From positions 124,001 through 188,000 of IMG/VR virus record IMGVR_UViG_3300037010_003311: a stretch of 64,000 bases of DNA; one strand, written 5' to 3'. Shown here one piece after another: positions 30,701-40,654 of this stretch (its first letter is position 1; each line of letters starts with the position of its first letter). The translations under genes were made by a program, and so were the position numbers. A model generated the notes under the pieces. That model was not told where the DNA came from and did not search any database. It worked only from the letters and a program-made list of their open reading frames with translations.

Positions 30701-31669
30701 TTTCTGTCTTGAACTCATAGCTGGTTTATAAAGTTTATCTCTTTGATCGAAATAAACCATAGTTCCAGACTTTAATCCAATTTGGACATCAAGACTGGTG
30801 ATAGTTGTAAAAATAGATTTGCTTAAGCCTGCATTATTAAAGACCGAAAACATTTGATCTTGAATATTAGAGAATAGACTTTTAAAGTTTGCCATATACT
30901 TTTTAGATAACTGCTGCGGATTAATCCCTCGCTTATAGTAGCTAATAGTATTATCACTATTAATAATACTAACTAGTTCACCACTATCAATTAATGATTT
31001 TAAATCGCTACTATTAATGTTATTATAAACTTCGGGAGCGCTGCGAATAATATTACCATTATTATCTGTGGAAAATGTAGCTATCTCAAAATATGGTATA
31101 TTTTCAGTATCATAGTTATAAAGATTTTTATTAGCTATAATTTTAATTCTAGCTCTTTGTGCAGGTAGTTGTTGTAACCAACTATATTCAACTATAATTT
31201 TATAATCTAGATTTTTAAAAAGTTTAATCTCTTGTCCATCAAAGTTTGGATTAGTAAGATCTTGAACCGAATTTATAGAATCTAAATTTTCAGTAGGCGC
31301 TTCAAACAGAAAAAGAACTGGTTTCTTGAACTCAATAAACTGGTCATCAATAAAACAAGCACCTGGATTAACTCTAAAGATATGGTAAATTTTATTTAAC
31401 TTAACGTATTTCGTAACATCTTCTATAGTAAGGTACTGTGTAGCATTATTACTATCGACTAAAAGATAATCTACCGAAAACCCTTGTATATATGATATGG
31501 TATTTCCATCAATAGTTGTCTCTTTAAAGGCGGAAAACGTTTTCGAAACCATCTTTAGATAATCATGTGGGTCCCTAGCATCAGGATCAAGACCCCTAGT
31601 TTGGATGGAATCTTGTAAAGAGATGCTCGCATTTAATATATAACTATTATCAACTATTAAGGTTTGCAT
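27710..31669 (-). CDS. Large putative virion protein with coiled-coil segments
   Basis: ~1320 aa; likely start MQTLIV at 31669 (AAGGT RBS); located in the structural region; no recognisable catalytic motif. Confidence 0.6.
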   Translation of the reverse strand: MQTLIVDNSYILNASISLQDSIQTRGLDPDARDPHDYLKMVSKTFSAFKETTIDGNTISYIQGFSVDYLLVDSNNATQYLTIEDVTKYVKLNKIYHIFRVNPGACFIDDQFIEFKKPVLFLFEAPTENLDSINSVQDLTNPNFDGQEIKLFKNLDYKIIVEYSWLQQLPAQRARIKIIANKNLYNYDTENIPYFEIATFSTDNNGNIIRSAPEVYNNINSSDLKSLIDSGELVSIINSDNTISYYKRGINPQQLSKKYMANFKSLFSNIQDQMFSVFNNAGLSKSIFTTITSLDVQIGLKSGTMVYFDQRDKLYKPAMSSRQKTDKVNGLYLYDNINDTHLVFFSGLIDLDPDNVLLDMQYQKLVKEIQADGSVKIFTFTNRYGLTYNHPLVNLEVGNIYYLEDDSNYFNGSILMYDLANYIEWDTRGFISTRYFPGAVSVGNAVSRTKLLLNINHSNEIDWSNAVDLYGNHKLFSDEYLAVNSYYSNDILANNMLTSTTALANTVTNYSNYLGTILDFSELPNISLDSNGVPYTIDYTNNDTPDFINFSIWFSNYLIKDIVFPSGDTLYKNDILALRFTEPDTDSMVHFFNNTFCVASGSVAGSTASNNLKARVLNSIETVYGQNAILSIIIANNNRIINILLETINNIKNDLLTKATGNIQSDLDKLVAVTQLALGDDPDNTNDVLEDITTNLIANLGVMYTDENNKTIDYSVNTRIDTAAEITARQVKADTLIKELNTNKSSIEALNLANIYYTNLLTTLQILNHKLSNMLNYTEIIINFVKQKIIDLNKTIYNNKTLITGYQNSKALADKQRTKNNETLALDIFYLSNYERKRFNYTYLVDRLTYEFSLTDQLQSELASSKSRYQALLTGGSNSYDTELARLDIVRIESRINNNQKNIINYTDEINKILLDFNKPPIVLNDKNFIIDTILLNTDVNNYRFGVDLGPIGTNNERYLINEAFKEVTRLKILDLRDNVITRSQFPNRLLPAVYQIDGSSLQASDFKTSSFKTLTFLNDYNMDTTNPYFYIMLDNVQVICYEYNGKYFIYDSLGSKPAGSTTFPDIDFNNITPFSAISNAHGDIIAINGSKNLIYRSNDAVTTNVDIPVIGDNFYVYKEDVKSFISLVPVDLNTEELTRFVREARVKSVSEDFNYMVSYVSFVDYFLKKEEILNITTILNGYISSLDSIVITDYSSEINISLPVIDTSYTDLITRVATSYTDFIDNRNNLNIVIDIMNKTSDKTNLTNLDITDTQLITYGLTSSFRTSTIETRSHLLTQVLNNFSLKIFNDISVIKLAIENYRDNNILNILSINSEFNA

Positions 31670-32249
31670 TTTTAACCTTTTCAAAATTTGCATTTTTTGC
31701 TTTAATTCTAGCATCAACTTCTTTTAAAAATTGCGTTAGATCTATTTCAATTTGACCAACTAGCTGATAGATAACATTAACATCCATTACAAAGATAAGT
31801 TCGTTTAAGATATTTACATAATCCGTAAAACTTTCTAAAGTATTGACTTCTGTATTGTCCAATACAGAAAGGTTTTGTAAATTTTTTATCATATCTTGTA
31901 ATTCGTTAATTTTATCATACAACCTGAACTGAATAAATTTCTGATCGGCTATATCGATACTCTGTCCCATAATTGCGGCACTTGTATCTGGATCTGCGGT
32001 ACTAAGATCCCCATCACTAGTACCAAGATCACCAGACCCATCTAAACCATCTGAACCATCTGAACCATCGGACCCATTATCCTGAGAGCTAGATGACCCA
32101 TCTGAACCATCAGACCCATCATCTTGCTGGTTAGATGAACCAGATCCTTGCTGGTTAGAGCCACGACTGGCGCCATCTTCCAGTAGTAGCAATAAATCTG
32201 TATTATTTTCAAGTAAGAATTGTCTTGCTTGTGGTGATAATTTTAACAT
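31650..32249 (-). CDS. Acidic low-complexity protein, possible prohead core/internal protein
   Basis: Likely start 32249; GSD/DGS repeats; N-terminal LLE motifs resemble gp21-type cleavage sites. Confidence 0.5.
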   Translation of the reverse strand: MLKLSPQARQFLLENNTDLLLLLEDGASRGSNQQGSGSSNQQDDGSDGSDGSSSSQDNGSDGSDGSDGLDGSGDLGTSDGDLSTADPDTSAAIMGQSIDIADQKFIQFRLYDKINELQDMIKNLQNLSVLDNTEVNTLESFTDYVNILNELIFVMDVNVIYQLVGQIEIDLTQFLKEVDARIKAKNANFEKVKNANLNS

Positions 32250-32262
32250 TATATTTTTCCTA

Positions 32263-35200
32263 TTATAAAATTTCTTCACTCGTTTCATGATAAGTAGTAT
32301 TCGTTACATAATTAGAAACTGGCTTTACCAAATTAGAGAATGATTCCATTACATAAGTAGCACCAACTTTTAATTTAGTATCAGTATTGTAATCTGCGGC
32401 AACATCTAATGTTCGATTAAATAAATCGGCACCATTTATAAAAGCACTATTTTTAAAGTTTGTAACATTCGTAGAAACAACTGGGTCGGTATCTTTTTTG
32501 ATTAGATATTGATAATTAACTTCATCGAAATTAGTATAAATTAATCCAGGTAAGTTAAAGGTTGCTCTAATCGTATCTATATTGGTTTGGGTATAACTTA
32601 TCCCTGTACCAGCTAAATAAATGTTCCAACCAACTATGCCATAATTAGTACCAAGATTAGATACTGCATTGATAGTTAATGGATTAAATGAAAGATCTAA
32701 ACTGGAACCAACTTGTGATCTTTCTAAAAAGGTATCATCCCAGTTATCCTTATTACTATCATTAAATAAGGTTTGTAATATTGCCCAACTAGCCGAGGTA
32801 GCTTCTGGCCATTGTACAATACCAGCTTCATAGTATTTATTAGCCGAACCACCTATACTGGTAGCTAAACCAGTTAAAGACGTAAGCTTATTATTTTTAG
32901 CAATATAATTCCCAAAGACTGTGGTTGGACCACCAACTAAATCAGTAAGCATATTATTATTGCAACGAAAGTTGCCTTTTATAGTTGTAGGCAAACGATT
33001 ACCTATAATTGTAGTAAGACTTTTTAACTGGTTATCTTCAATAAAGAAATCTGATTCAGCTGTTGTATCCCAAATCCATTTAACATACTTACCAACTAAA
33101 TCTTTATATTTAGTAGCAGCTGTACCATTATTAGAAAGAATTTTATCTAATGTAAGATAGTTTCTAGATGATATAGAGGTAGCATTATCTATATTATCTA
33201 AGTGTACCCAGATAAAACTTGGTAAATGATTACTTAACCTGGATTCTTTTTCGATATTTATAAATTCGCGGGTACCTGGATCAACTAGGTTATTATTTAC
33301 TATCTCTTCATATTCAAAATAACGATTACTTAAATATACCGGACCGGTTGCTTTAATAATATAAGAATCAGTTACTTGATTGTAAGTTATGGTACAGCTA
33401 TCTTGTAAGCCATAGTAGCCTAAATCGCGCACAATAGTTTGTGGTGCACTAATATTTAATTCATAAATTTTATTTGCTCCATACCTCGATAACTGATCTA
33501 GATTCTCTAGCCCATTTATATATGTTGGCTCATTAAAAGAAAAATTATTATCATTTGGGTAAATGTTAATTGATTCGTTATTTAGTGCTGAAGTGAAAGT
33601 ACCAAAATCAGTTATTATCTCAATCTCATTATCAGTAACATTTTTATCATTTGGTGTCATAGCTTTGTAATTGATACCATTGAAGCTATTAGTGCGAACC
33701 GAATCGAAATAGTTATCAGTCACATATTCACTTTTAATAAAATTTATATCCCCAATCGGAGTACCATCATAATTAGTAATATCAATTATTTTAAAATAAT
33801 TTAATTCATACTCTGGTAAATAATCATGAGTGAATGTAGTAGAAATCTGGGAAAGAGTAGTACTAAAACTTATTTTAATATCTAAAGTAACATTATGTAA
33901 ATCTTCATACAACACTGGATTAGATATAAGATATGGATAAATTCTTATTTTATCACCAGGCATATTTTTATCTAACTTACTATTATAATTAATCCGGAAC
34001 ATATCCTGGAAAGGTACCCCGTTATCATTAATTATTTCTATTGCCGTCATTGTAGCACCAGTTACTGAACCAAAACCAAAATCAAATTCATTTAAAGTAG
34101 AGTATAGGTACTGTTTTGTTCCATCCATCTGAGGCCCACCAACCGAACCAGTTACTAAATTATATGCTGTAAACGGGATACGCTTAATAGTATAAAAATT
34201 AATAGTATAACTACCAGTTACACTAGATCTAGTTATAGTGTAGTTAATTTTATCAGTTGTTCCTGTGGATACTTGACTAGATACTAGTTGTAGGTCAGTA
34301 CTTATAGTTGACATATTGATCCAAGAGAAATACTTAATGAAAGAGTTATCTATTGGCTGGTATGGCTCTATTGGTAAAATTAAAGTATTACCAACATTAT
34401 GATTAGCCAGAAGCTTATCATTATAAAACATATTTAGTTTTATAATAACTGGGGCGCTCGCTTGGATTGGATTATTTTCACTATCGATTAATGAAAAACT
34501 ATATTTACCATTCTGGGTATCAGTGTGGTTTATTCTATTGAATTTAACATACTGACCAGTTACTGGCTTAGAAACTATTTCGAATGTTTCAGTAAATGGA
34601 AATATTGCCGGAGATGTTAATAATTCGGTTTCTGGTTGATAGTCTAAGATAAAGTCTTCAGTATAATATTTATTCTGGATTGCATCAAGCCCTATATCAT
34701 TATTGATCTCCATTATAAAATCAATTGAATTCTGCCCAGCGAAAATAATTAAATACCTTTCGATCTGTATAATTGCAGCCCTGGAATAATTAGAATAATC
34801 ATTACTAATAATCTGATAACTCGTAACTGGTTTCTGTATAGAAGAAGGGGTAATTATATATTCACCATTTCCGCGAGAACCAAGTATCTGATTAGTAAGT
34901 ACTTCTATTGCCCCACCTGTTGCAATGGACCCTAGAGATGGATCAACTTTAATAAGTTTAGAATCGGTACCATATACTAGTTCTCCTGTGCTATTATCAA
35001 CAGTTATAGATATAGTTCTATAATATAATGAACCATCAGTTCCATACTCAGGGAAAATATAACCATCGTTATTTTTATAGTAACTATAATCAAAATATTT
35101 ATTAACCGATTTCAAGTAGCAGAATTTACTAGCTATAGTTTCATCACTAGGAGTTTGGATTTCCGTAATAACTGCTCGGTTCTTATCAAATTGTGACATA

Positions 35201-38007
35201 TAAATTGTTTCAGTATGGAAGTTACTATTATTTGGAAGTTTCATAGTTCTAGTTAATGGTAAAGTAATTAGAGTATCTTGTGACCAAGCTCCAATATTGG
35301 TACCACTAAATTTAGGATTATTATCATCAATAGTATCCCCATTATTAATGACTCGGTTACCAAATCTAGTATCATTAATTATAAGTTTAATAATTGGTGT
35401 AAATGGTTGTGAATAATCAAGATTATCTACAATCTGTACTAATGGATTATTAGTAATACTTCCACTACTTATACCTTGGTTAAATACACCATTTTGACTA
35501 TATACCGATTTATCTCTTAAGGTAATAAAGCCATCGTTATAAACAACATTATAATTATCAGTTAAAATTACATAAAATTTGTAAGTAATATTATCTGCAG
35601 TAGTTATAGGCCTGGTATCATCGAAATAACATTTTTGAAATATTAAATCGTCTTTAGTGAATCCATAAACTGGTTCTGAGAACGTAAGAGTTACTATTTT
35701 CGTACGATTCGTAGTATCAGTAGTATCCACTGCGATACTAAAACTTGCGGTTGGCGTTGTTTTTGCAACAATCGATAGAGTTTTAGTAAGTACTACTTGC
35801 ATATCAGTTACATCAGTTAGTGTTATAGTTAAATGGTTATTACCAAGGGCAAATAGATATTCGATTGACCAAGTACCATCGGTATCTGAAATCGGTTCTG
35901 CTAAAATAGTTCCGGTATCTGAATTTTTAATTGTAATTTTAGAGTTTGGCTCAGTATCGGTTCCATATAGAGTTAAGTATTGTTTATTACTATAATCTTC
36001 GGCTATTGTTAAAATTGTAGCATTAGTAAGTTCTTGATATGGGGTAACCGGATTCAATTCATCATAAACATAAATATGATTAGACGTATTTTGATTTTGC
36101 TCATATATAATGAAAGCTGCATTAGAAAGTGCACTAGGAGTACCTATTGCATCAATAATACTATATTGTATAGTATTAGCCCCAATATTAAGATTTGGTA
36201 ATTGAAATATAAAACCATACTCATTTTCTGCTCTAGCATCAACGTTTAATGATTTAGAGAAAGCAAGAGTCGTACCAACATTTACACCATTTAAAAATAT
36301 ATTAACTGATGGTAGATCTCTAACTCCATTTTTATCTAAAATAACAAGAGGATCAATAAAACCAAGAATAAAGGGTTTCTGGTTACTAGTTGTACCATAC
36401 ATTTGCATCCGATGCAATTCATTAAAAGTTTCCCAACTATTTAAATTAGCTATCGTTTTAATATTTGGTACATAATAACTAGATATAATTGGAGCAGCTG
36501 GTAAATTACTCTGTACTGTAAAGTTTATAGCTGGTGAAGCTTTGCTTTCAAAGTTAGTATCTTTTACAGTGAAATAAATACTATGACTACCATCGGTTAA
36601 AGGATTAAATAAATATGTTTCAAAGCTACCATCCTGGTTAATAGAAGTTTGACCAAGTAAAGTCCTAACCCCAGCTATATCTTCGTAAATATTAATTAAA
36701 CTTTGATATTCGGAAATATTAATATTATAAGCTATTTTGGTAGCATATTCATTTATAGTTAATTTTTCTTTATTTTCATATATATGTAATAGTGTTGGAT
36801 CAATTATAGCGTTATTATCAATTACCATAGTTTCTGAAGAACTTGAAGCAGCATCTACTATGTCGGTTGGTATTGGAAACTGATTTAAATTAACAATACC
36901 ACTATTTATAACAGTTGGATCGAAACCAGCAACCGATGTAACCGGACTAACATTATTGACAGATGGTAACCTATTAATAAGACTATATAAATAAGTACCT
37001 TGTGTACTACCTTTTGGAATATAAATATTTTTAAGATTCTGCATCTTACAAACTATATCATGCCCAGAATGATTGATAGAATTTGAATATAATGTGAGTC
37101 TATCATAAAAAGTTAAACCCGTATATATTGGATCAGATTTTAATCTAAGAATATTATAATCACCAGTGCTAATATTAACTATTTTAAAGTCGTTGCTATA
37201 ATTATAAATATTTGGGATTACTTCATTATCTTTATAAATATAATTTACTAAGGTTGGAATAGTAAAAGTTTTAAATAGTTTTGGTATTACTATTCTTGAA
37301 TAAATATAAGTGGTGCCCACTATATCATAGGTTACAGCATTATCAATACTAAGAAACCATCTATTAATATTTATTGTCCCGGATGTATTGTAGGTAGCAT
37401 TATGTTTTTTTAGATTTAACTTATTATAGTTAGTTTGCGAACCTATATTATTGACACTAGTATCATTTAGAGTTATATAAAAATAACTATCGAAGTCAGT
37501 ATTTTGATGCAATAAATCTATAAAGTTACTAACTAGTGTACCAGCTGGTATCGTAAATGGTTGCTCATATACAACTATGGTTTCTAAGTTTACTGCGACT
37601 GGTTTATTAATTTCGATACTATTTAGTAATAGCTTAATAGTATTAGACCCTGAGGTCTGGGGAATTTGGAAAGTGATATCAGTTATATTTTCTCGGATTG
37701 CAGTAACTGGTGCAACCGTTTTAGTATCAACTGTATTGTAAAGTTGTACTCCTGTTTCGGCATTAACTACTCTATCACCAGATATATCTAAAACAGGTAT
37801 GGTAGTAAACCTATTCAGGTTCGCAGTAATTGTAACAGTATCTGAATTATCTAATAAGTTAGCATTAGGGATAAAAATATAATTGCTATCTCCATATCTA
37901 GGATAACTATTAGTGTTTAAATAATCAACCTCTTTTGCTGGATTAAAGGCATTGGTTAAGGTGAGATTCGCTAATTGCGAAATGTTAGTTATTGGTGTAG
38001 TTGCCAT
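32263..38007 (-). CDS. Very large virion protein with Ig-like domains and C-terminal LRR-like repeats
   Basis: 1914 aa; LTDGSHSI, GTWSI and TLTFSEPVYGF Ig-like signatures; N.LTSL.G.P..V.G.F.C repeats near the C-terminus. Confidence 0.65.
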   Translation of the reverse strand: MATTPITNISQLANLTLTNAFNPAKEVDYLNTNSYPRYGDSNYIFIPNANLLDNSDTVTITANLNRFTTIPVLDISGDRVVNAETGVQLYNTVDTKTVAPVTAIRENITDITFQIPQTSGSNTIKLLLNSIEINKPVAVNLETIVVYEQPFTIPAGTLVSNFIDLLHQNTDFDSYFYITLNDTSVNNIGSQTNYNKLNLKKHNATYNTSGTININRWFLSIDNAVTYDIVGTTYIYSRIVIPKLFKTFTIPTLVNYIYKDNEVIPNIYNYSNDFKIVNISTGDYNILRLKSDPIYTGLTFYDRLTLYSNSINHSGHDIVCKMQNLKNIYIPKGSTQGTYLYSLINRLPSVNNVSPVTSVAGFDPTVINSGIVNLNQFPIPTDIVDAASSSSETMVIDNNAIIDPTLLHIYENKEKLTINEYATKIAYNINISEYQSLINIYEDIAGVRTLLGQTSINQDGSFETYLFNPLTDGSHSIYFTVKDTNFESKASPAINFTVQSNLPAAPIISSYYVPNIKTIANLNSWETFNELHRMQMYGTTSNQKPFILGFIDPLVILDKNGVRDLPSVNIFLNGVNVGTTLAFSKSLNVDARAENEYGFIFQLPNLNIGANTIQYSIIDAIGTPSALSNAAFIIYEQNQNTSNHIYVYDELNPVTPYQELTNATILTIAEDYSNKQYLTLYGTDTEPNSKITIKNSDTGTILAEPISDTDGTWSIEYLFALGNNHLTITLTDVTDMQVVLTKTLSIVAKTTPTASFSIAVDTTDTTNRTKIVTLTFSEPVYGFTKDDLIFQKCYFDDTRPITTADNITYKFYVILTDNYNVVYNDGFITLRDKSVYSQNGVFNQGISSGSITNNPLVQIVDNLDYSQPFTPIIKLIINDTRFGNRVINNGDTIDDNNPKFSGTNIGAWSQDTLITLPLTRTMKLPNNSNFHTETIYMSQFDKNRAVITEIQTPSDETIASKFCYLKSVNKYFDYSYYKNNDGYIFPEYGTDGSLYYRTISITVDNSTGELVYGTDSKLIKVDPSLGSIATGGAIEVLTNQILGSRGNGEYIITPSSIQKPVTSYQIISNDYSNYSRAAIIQIERYLIIFAGQNSIDFIMEINNDIGLDAIQNKYYTEDFILDYQPETELLTSPAIFPFTETFEIVSKPVTGQYVKFNRINHTDTQNGKYSFSLIDSENNPIQASAPVIIKLNMFYNDKLLANHNVGNTLILPIEPYQPIDNSFIKYFSWINMSTISTDLQLVSSQVSTGTTDKINYTITRSSVTGSYTINFYTIKRIPFTAYNLVTGSVGGPQMDGTKQYLYSTLNEFDFGFGSVTGATMTAIEIINDNGVPFQDMFRINYNSKLDKNMPGDKIRIYPYLISNPVLYEDLHNVTLDIKISFSTTLSQISTTFTHDYLPEYELNYFKIIDITNYDGTPIGDINFIKSEYVTDNYFDSVRTNSFNGINYKAMTPNDKNVTDNEIEIITDFGTFTSALNNESINIYPNDNNFSFNEPTYINGLENLDQLSRYGANKIYELNISAPQTIVRDLGYYGLQDSCTITYNQVTDSYIIKATGPVYLSNRYFEYEEIVNNNLVDPGTREFINIEKESRLSNHLPSFIWVHLDNIDNATSISSRNYLTLDKILSNNGTAATKYKDLVGKYVKWIWDTTAESDFFIEDNQLKSLTTIIGNRLPTTIKGNFRCNNNMLTDLVGGPTTVFGNYIAKNNKLTSLTGLATSIGGSANKYYEAGIVQWPEATSASWAILQTLFNDSNKDNWDDTFLERSQVGSSLDLSFNPLTINAVSNLGTNYGIVGWNIYLAGTGISYTQTNIDTIRATFNLPGLIYTNFDEVNYQYLIKKDTDPVVSTNVTNFKNSAFINGADLFNRTLDVAADYNTDTKLKVGATYVMESFSNLVKPVSNYVTNTTYHETSEEIL

Positions 38008-38056
38008 AAAAATCGCCTTCGTAATAAATTACCGATTTGTTGAATTAGTATTTTAA

Positions 38057-38096
38057 CGACAGGAAAAAGCTACTATGTTGTACAACATAGTAGCTT
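38057..38096 (-). terminator. Intrinsic terminator separating accessory block from virion module
   Basis: Perfect 30-bp palindrome AAGCTACTATGTTGTACAACATAGTAGCTT ending in a T tract and CCTGTCG on the minus strand. Confidence 0.8.
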
Positions 38097-38100
38097 AGGA

Positions 38101-38769
38101 CTAATTTAATGGAGACCGATTATAATTAATGTTTAAGATTTGCGCATATTTATAACCATACATATGACCATTTACTTTTAATGTGTTTAATGTAGCATCG
38201 ATTGATCTTAAATCTGGATTAGGTTTAGTTTCTTGGTTAACCACTTTTAAACCATCCATTATAAAACTTATATCTGATTCATTTAATTCATATGCTTCCC
38301 AACCACTAGATGGTTGACATTTGAAATTCCAGTGGTTAGAGCTAAGGATTGAATAGGTTCCGGCTTTTATTATTTCACCACCCCAATTACCCCACGCCTT
38401 AGGTATTGGTCTACTAATAATTTTACCAATATTATTCGCGATACCATGATCTGGATGCAGATCACTTTCCGGAAATAGTACTATTTCCGGTTTATAAGTA
38501 GACATCAAAGAACTCAAATCAGTTACAATTGCATGAATATCATTATTAGTAAGTTCTGTATCAAAATACAATGGATGGTTCATAACAATATTTAAACTTG
38601 CATAAAATTCTTTGACCTCTTTAAACCGATTATCAGTATCGTGCCTTCTACCAGAACATAAGGTATAAATCATTATTCTATATCCAGCATCCATATATTT
38701 TTTTATAATACCGAAGCATCCAAAAATTGCATCATCTAGATGAGCTTCAATTATTAGAATTGTTTTCAT
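38101..38769 (-). CDS. PIG-L / LmbE family N-acetylsugar deacetylase
   Basis: EAHLDD and HPDH metal-binding motifs. Confidence 0.85.
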   Translation of the reverse strand: MKTILIIEAHLDDAIFGCFGIIKKYMDAGYRIMIYTLCSGRRHDTDNRFKEVKEFYASLNIVMNHPLYFDTELTNNDIHAIVTDLSSLMSTYKPEIVLFPESDLHPDHGIANNIGKIISRPIPKAWGNWGGEIIKAGTYSILSSNHWNFKCQPSSGWEAYELNESDISFIMDGLKVVNQETKPNPDLRSIDATLNTLKVNGHMYGYKYAQILNINYNRSPLN

Positions 38770-38774
38770 TTATA

Positions 38775-39107
38775 TTAAACCTTTTTTCTTTTGTCCCAGT
38801 AACTAAAAAACTTAGGATCAGTATATCTAAAAATATCGGAATGTAATTCCTCGATTAAATTATCATTCGGATGTATAAATGGATGAACCGTATTCTGGTA
38901 CCATTTTTTTTCAACTAATACATACAATTCAATTATTGAATAATATTCAAGCCAAACATATTGCAGTTTGTCTAGATTATTACCAGTTAATGACTCATTA
39001 TATACTTTAGTAGGAAACCAAGCAAATTTCAATCGGGCTCGGAAGCAGGTTTCTTTCTCTTTTGCTAGCATCCGGATCTCTTCTGAAAATACAAAACCGA
39101 GATTCAT
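38775..39107 (-). CDS. Hypothetical protein
   Basis: 110 aa; overlaps the upstream stop (ATGA); FAWFP..V...VWLE motif common in small phage proteins. Confidence 0.65.
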   Translation of the reverse strand: MNLGFVFSEEIRMLAKEKETCFRARLKFAWFPTKVYNESLTGNNLDKLQYVWLEYYSIIELYVLVEKKWYQNTVHPFIHPNDNLIEELHSDIFRYTDPKFFSYWDKRKKV

Positions 39108-39517
39108 TCTTTAACCTCACCTCTAGTGCCTAACTGTAGTACCATCGAACATTGTTCTATATTATTATGTAACTGATCGAAAATGCGATGCACTAATATT
39201 TCATCTGCCTCTCTAGTTTCCCCTGGTTCTGAAGAACTATTCGGCTTCCTCCCCTGATTCAAATATTCTATCGCTTTAATCAGGTTATCATAAATTTTGG
39301 ACTTACCGCCTCGGTTGGCAAGCATGACTAAATCTATTTCGCTATGTGGAATAGATTTAGCCAACTCCTGGATCATGGTTTGATATGGTAAATTAACTGT
39401 TTCCGCTTCTGGCCCTAGGTATGGTAAATTAACTGTTTCCGCTTCTAACCCAGCCAATTCAAGATACTCAAAAAAATCTGGAGTATTATTATCCTTTGGA
39501 TTAATTGGATTTGGCAT
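39104..39517 (-). CDS. Hypothetical protein with duplicated EAETVNLPY
   Basis: 137 aa; exact 27-bp repeat at 39384-39410 and 39420-39446. Confidence 0.6.
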   Translation of the reverse strand: MPNPINPKDNNTPDFFEYLELAGLEAETVNLPYLGPEAETVNLPYQTMIQELAKSIPHSEIDLVMLANRGGKSKIYDNLIKAIEYLNQGRKPNSSSEPGETREADEILVHRIFDQLHNNIEQCSMVLQLGTRGEVKE

Positions 39518-39941
39518 CTACTGTACCTTCAGCTGGGACATCTTTTAAAGCTTCGGTAACCATTGTTGCTAACTCAGGGTTTGATTCAATAACTTCCAGT
39601 TGCTGTTTAGTATTAGCAATAACTGTTTGTTCCTTAATTAACCATAATTTAATAACTTTGGCGCTGAGTTCAGATTTATTTAGATTTCTTAATCCATCAA
39701 GTTGTTGTTTACTTAGTTTAGTTAAAGATAATTCTTTAATTTTTTTAATTAGTACAGATTTAGACTTTGGTTTAAAATATTTTTTAGCTTGGAGCAATTT
39801 AGCCTCTAGCGTAAGTTGATTACTATTCTGTTTAACTTGGTTTTTAAGCTTCTCCGCCCAATTCTGATCATCTGAGATTACTTCATCTTGCGCACTCGTC
39901 ATAACATCTAACTTGTGGTTTTGTACATCTTCATTCATCAT
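39501..39941 (-). CDS. Hypothetical protein
   Basis: 146 aa with AAGGA RBS. Confidence 0.65.
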   Translation of the reverse strand: MMNEDVQNHKLDVMTSAQDEVISDDQNWAEKLKNQVKQNSNQLTLEAKLLQAKKYFKPKSKSVLIKKIKELSLTKLSKQQLDGLRNLNKSELSAKVIKLWLIKEQTVIANTKQQLEVIESNPELATMVTEALKDVPAEGTVDAKSN

Positions 39942-40020
39942 ATTTCCTTTTAAAATTTAATTTATGTTATTGAGACGATCTACGTCTTTTTAATTATTTT
40001 GATAATACTTAGTGTATCAG

Positions 40021-40548
40021 CTATTTATTCTCTCTTCTATCATGAATCAATAATTTTTTATTTGTAACTATTTGATCAGTCATTTTAAATAATTGGCTTG
40101 GGCTAAAAATATTATCATGTGGAAGACAACAAGTTGAATAACCGTAAGTAATATTATTTATAGAACTTAATTTATCTTCTAATTCCGAAATTTGGAATTC
40201 TTTTAATAATATTCCAAATTCGTCACCACCAATACGAAATATTTCCGAGCCGATACAATCTCTAAATGTGGATTCTATATTACTAGATACCTCTTTTATT
40301 AATTTATCACCAGCGTCGAAACCATCTAAACGATTAATATTATGTAAATTATTAATATCAATCAGCACTAATAAAAAATTTTTCTTCTCATAAGTACATT
40401 GTTCGTATAATGTATTAAGATAATTATCAAAATCTTTACGTAATTTAAAACCAGTAAGAAAATCATATTTATAACGTTTAACTTCTTCTTTTAGATATTG
40501 TACTTCATCTATTAAATTAAAGAAATTTTGTTCATTAAATTCAATCAT
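40021..40548 (-). CDS. GGDEF-domain protein (putative diguanylate cyclase)
   Basis: DFLTG, LIDINNL, GFDAGDKLI, FRIGGDEF; likely start ATG 40548 with AGGGAG RBS. Confidence 0.9.
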   Translation of the reverse strand: MIEFNEQNFFNLIDEVQYLKEEVKRYKYDFLTGFKLRKDFDNYLNTLYEQCTYEKKNFLLVLIDINNLHNINRLDGFDAGDKLIKEVSSNIESTFRDCIGSEIFRIGGDEFGILLKEFQISELEDKLSSINNITYGYSTCCLPHDNIFSPSQLFKMTDQIVTNKKLLIHDRRENK

Positions 40549-40560
40549 ATAATACTCCCT

Positions 40561-40643
40561 ATGACAAGAAAAATAGATTAACCAAGCAGTTGTTGGATCT
40601 GATGGGGAAGAATGGATTGTCATCAACTGCTTGGTTAATCTAT
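40561..40643 (-). terminator. Terminator/attenuator immediately upstream of GGDEF RBS
   Basis: Perfect 20-bp stem (40573-40592/40624-40643) followed by TTTTCTTGTCA, a variant of the TTTTCCTGTCG tail. Confidence 0.7.
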
Positions 40644-40654
40644 CTAAATTCGAG

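Noticed and set aside
31980-32160. GATGGTTCA-like tandem repeats as a non-coding array
   Set aside because: In-frame low-complexity DGS/GSS coding repeats.
40549-40626. N-terminal extension of the GGDEF ORF (also track extensions at 23709, 56832, 58000, 58640)
   Set aside because: They run through terminator hairpins or upstream genes; downstream ATGs are more plausible starts, most with a clear RBS.
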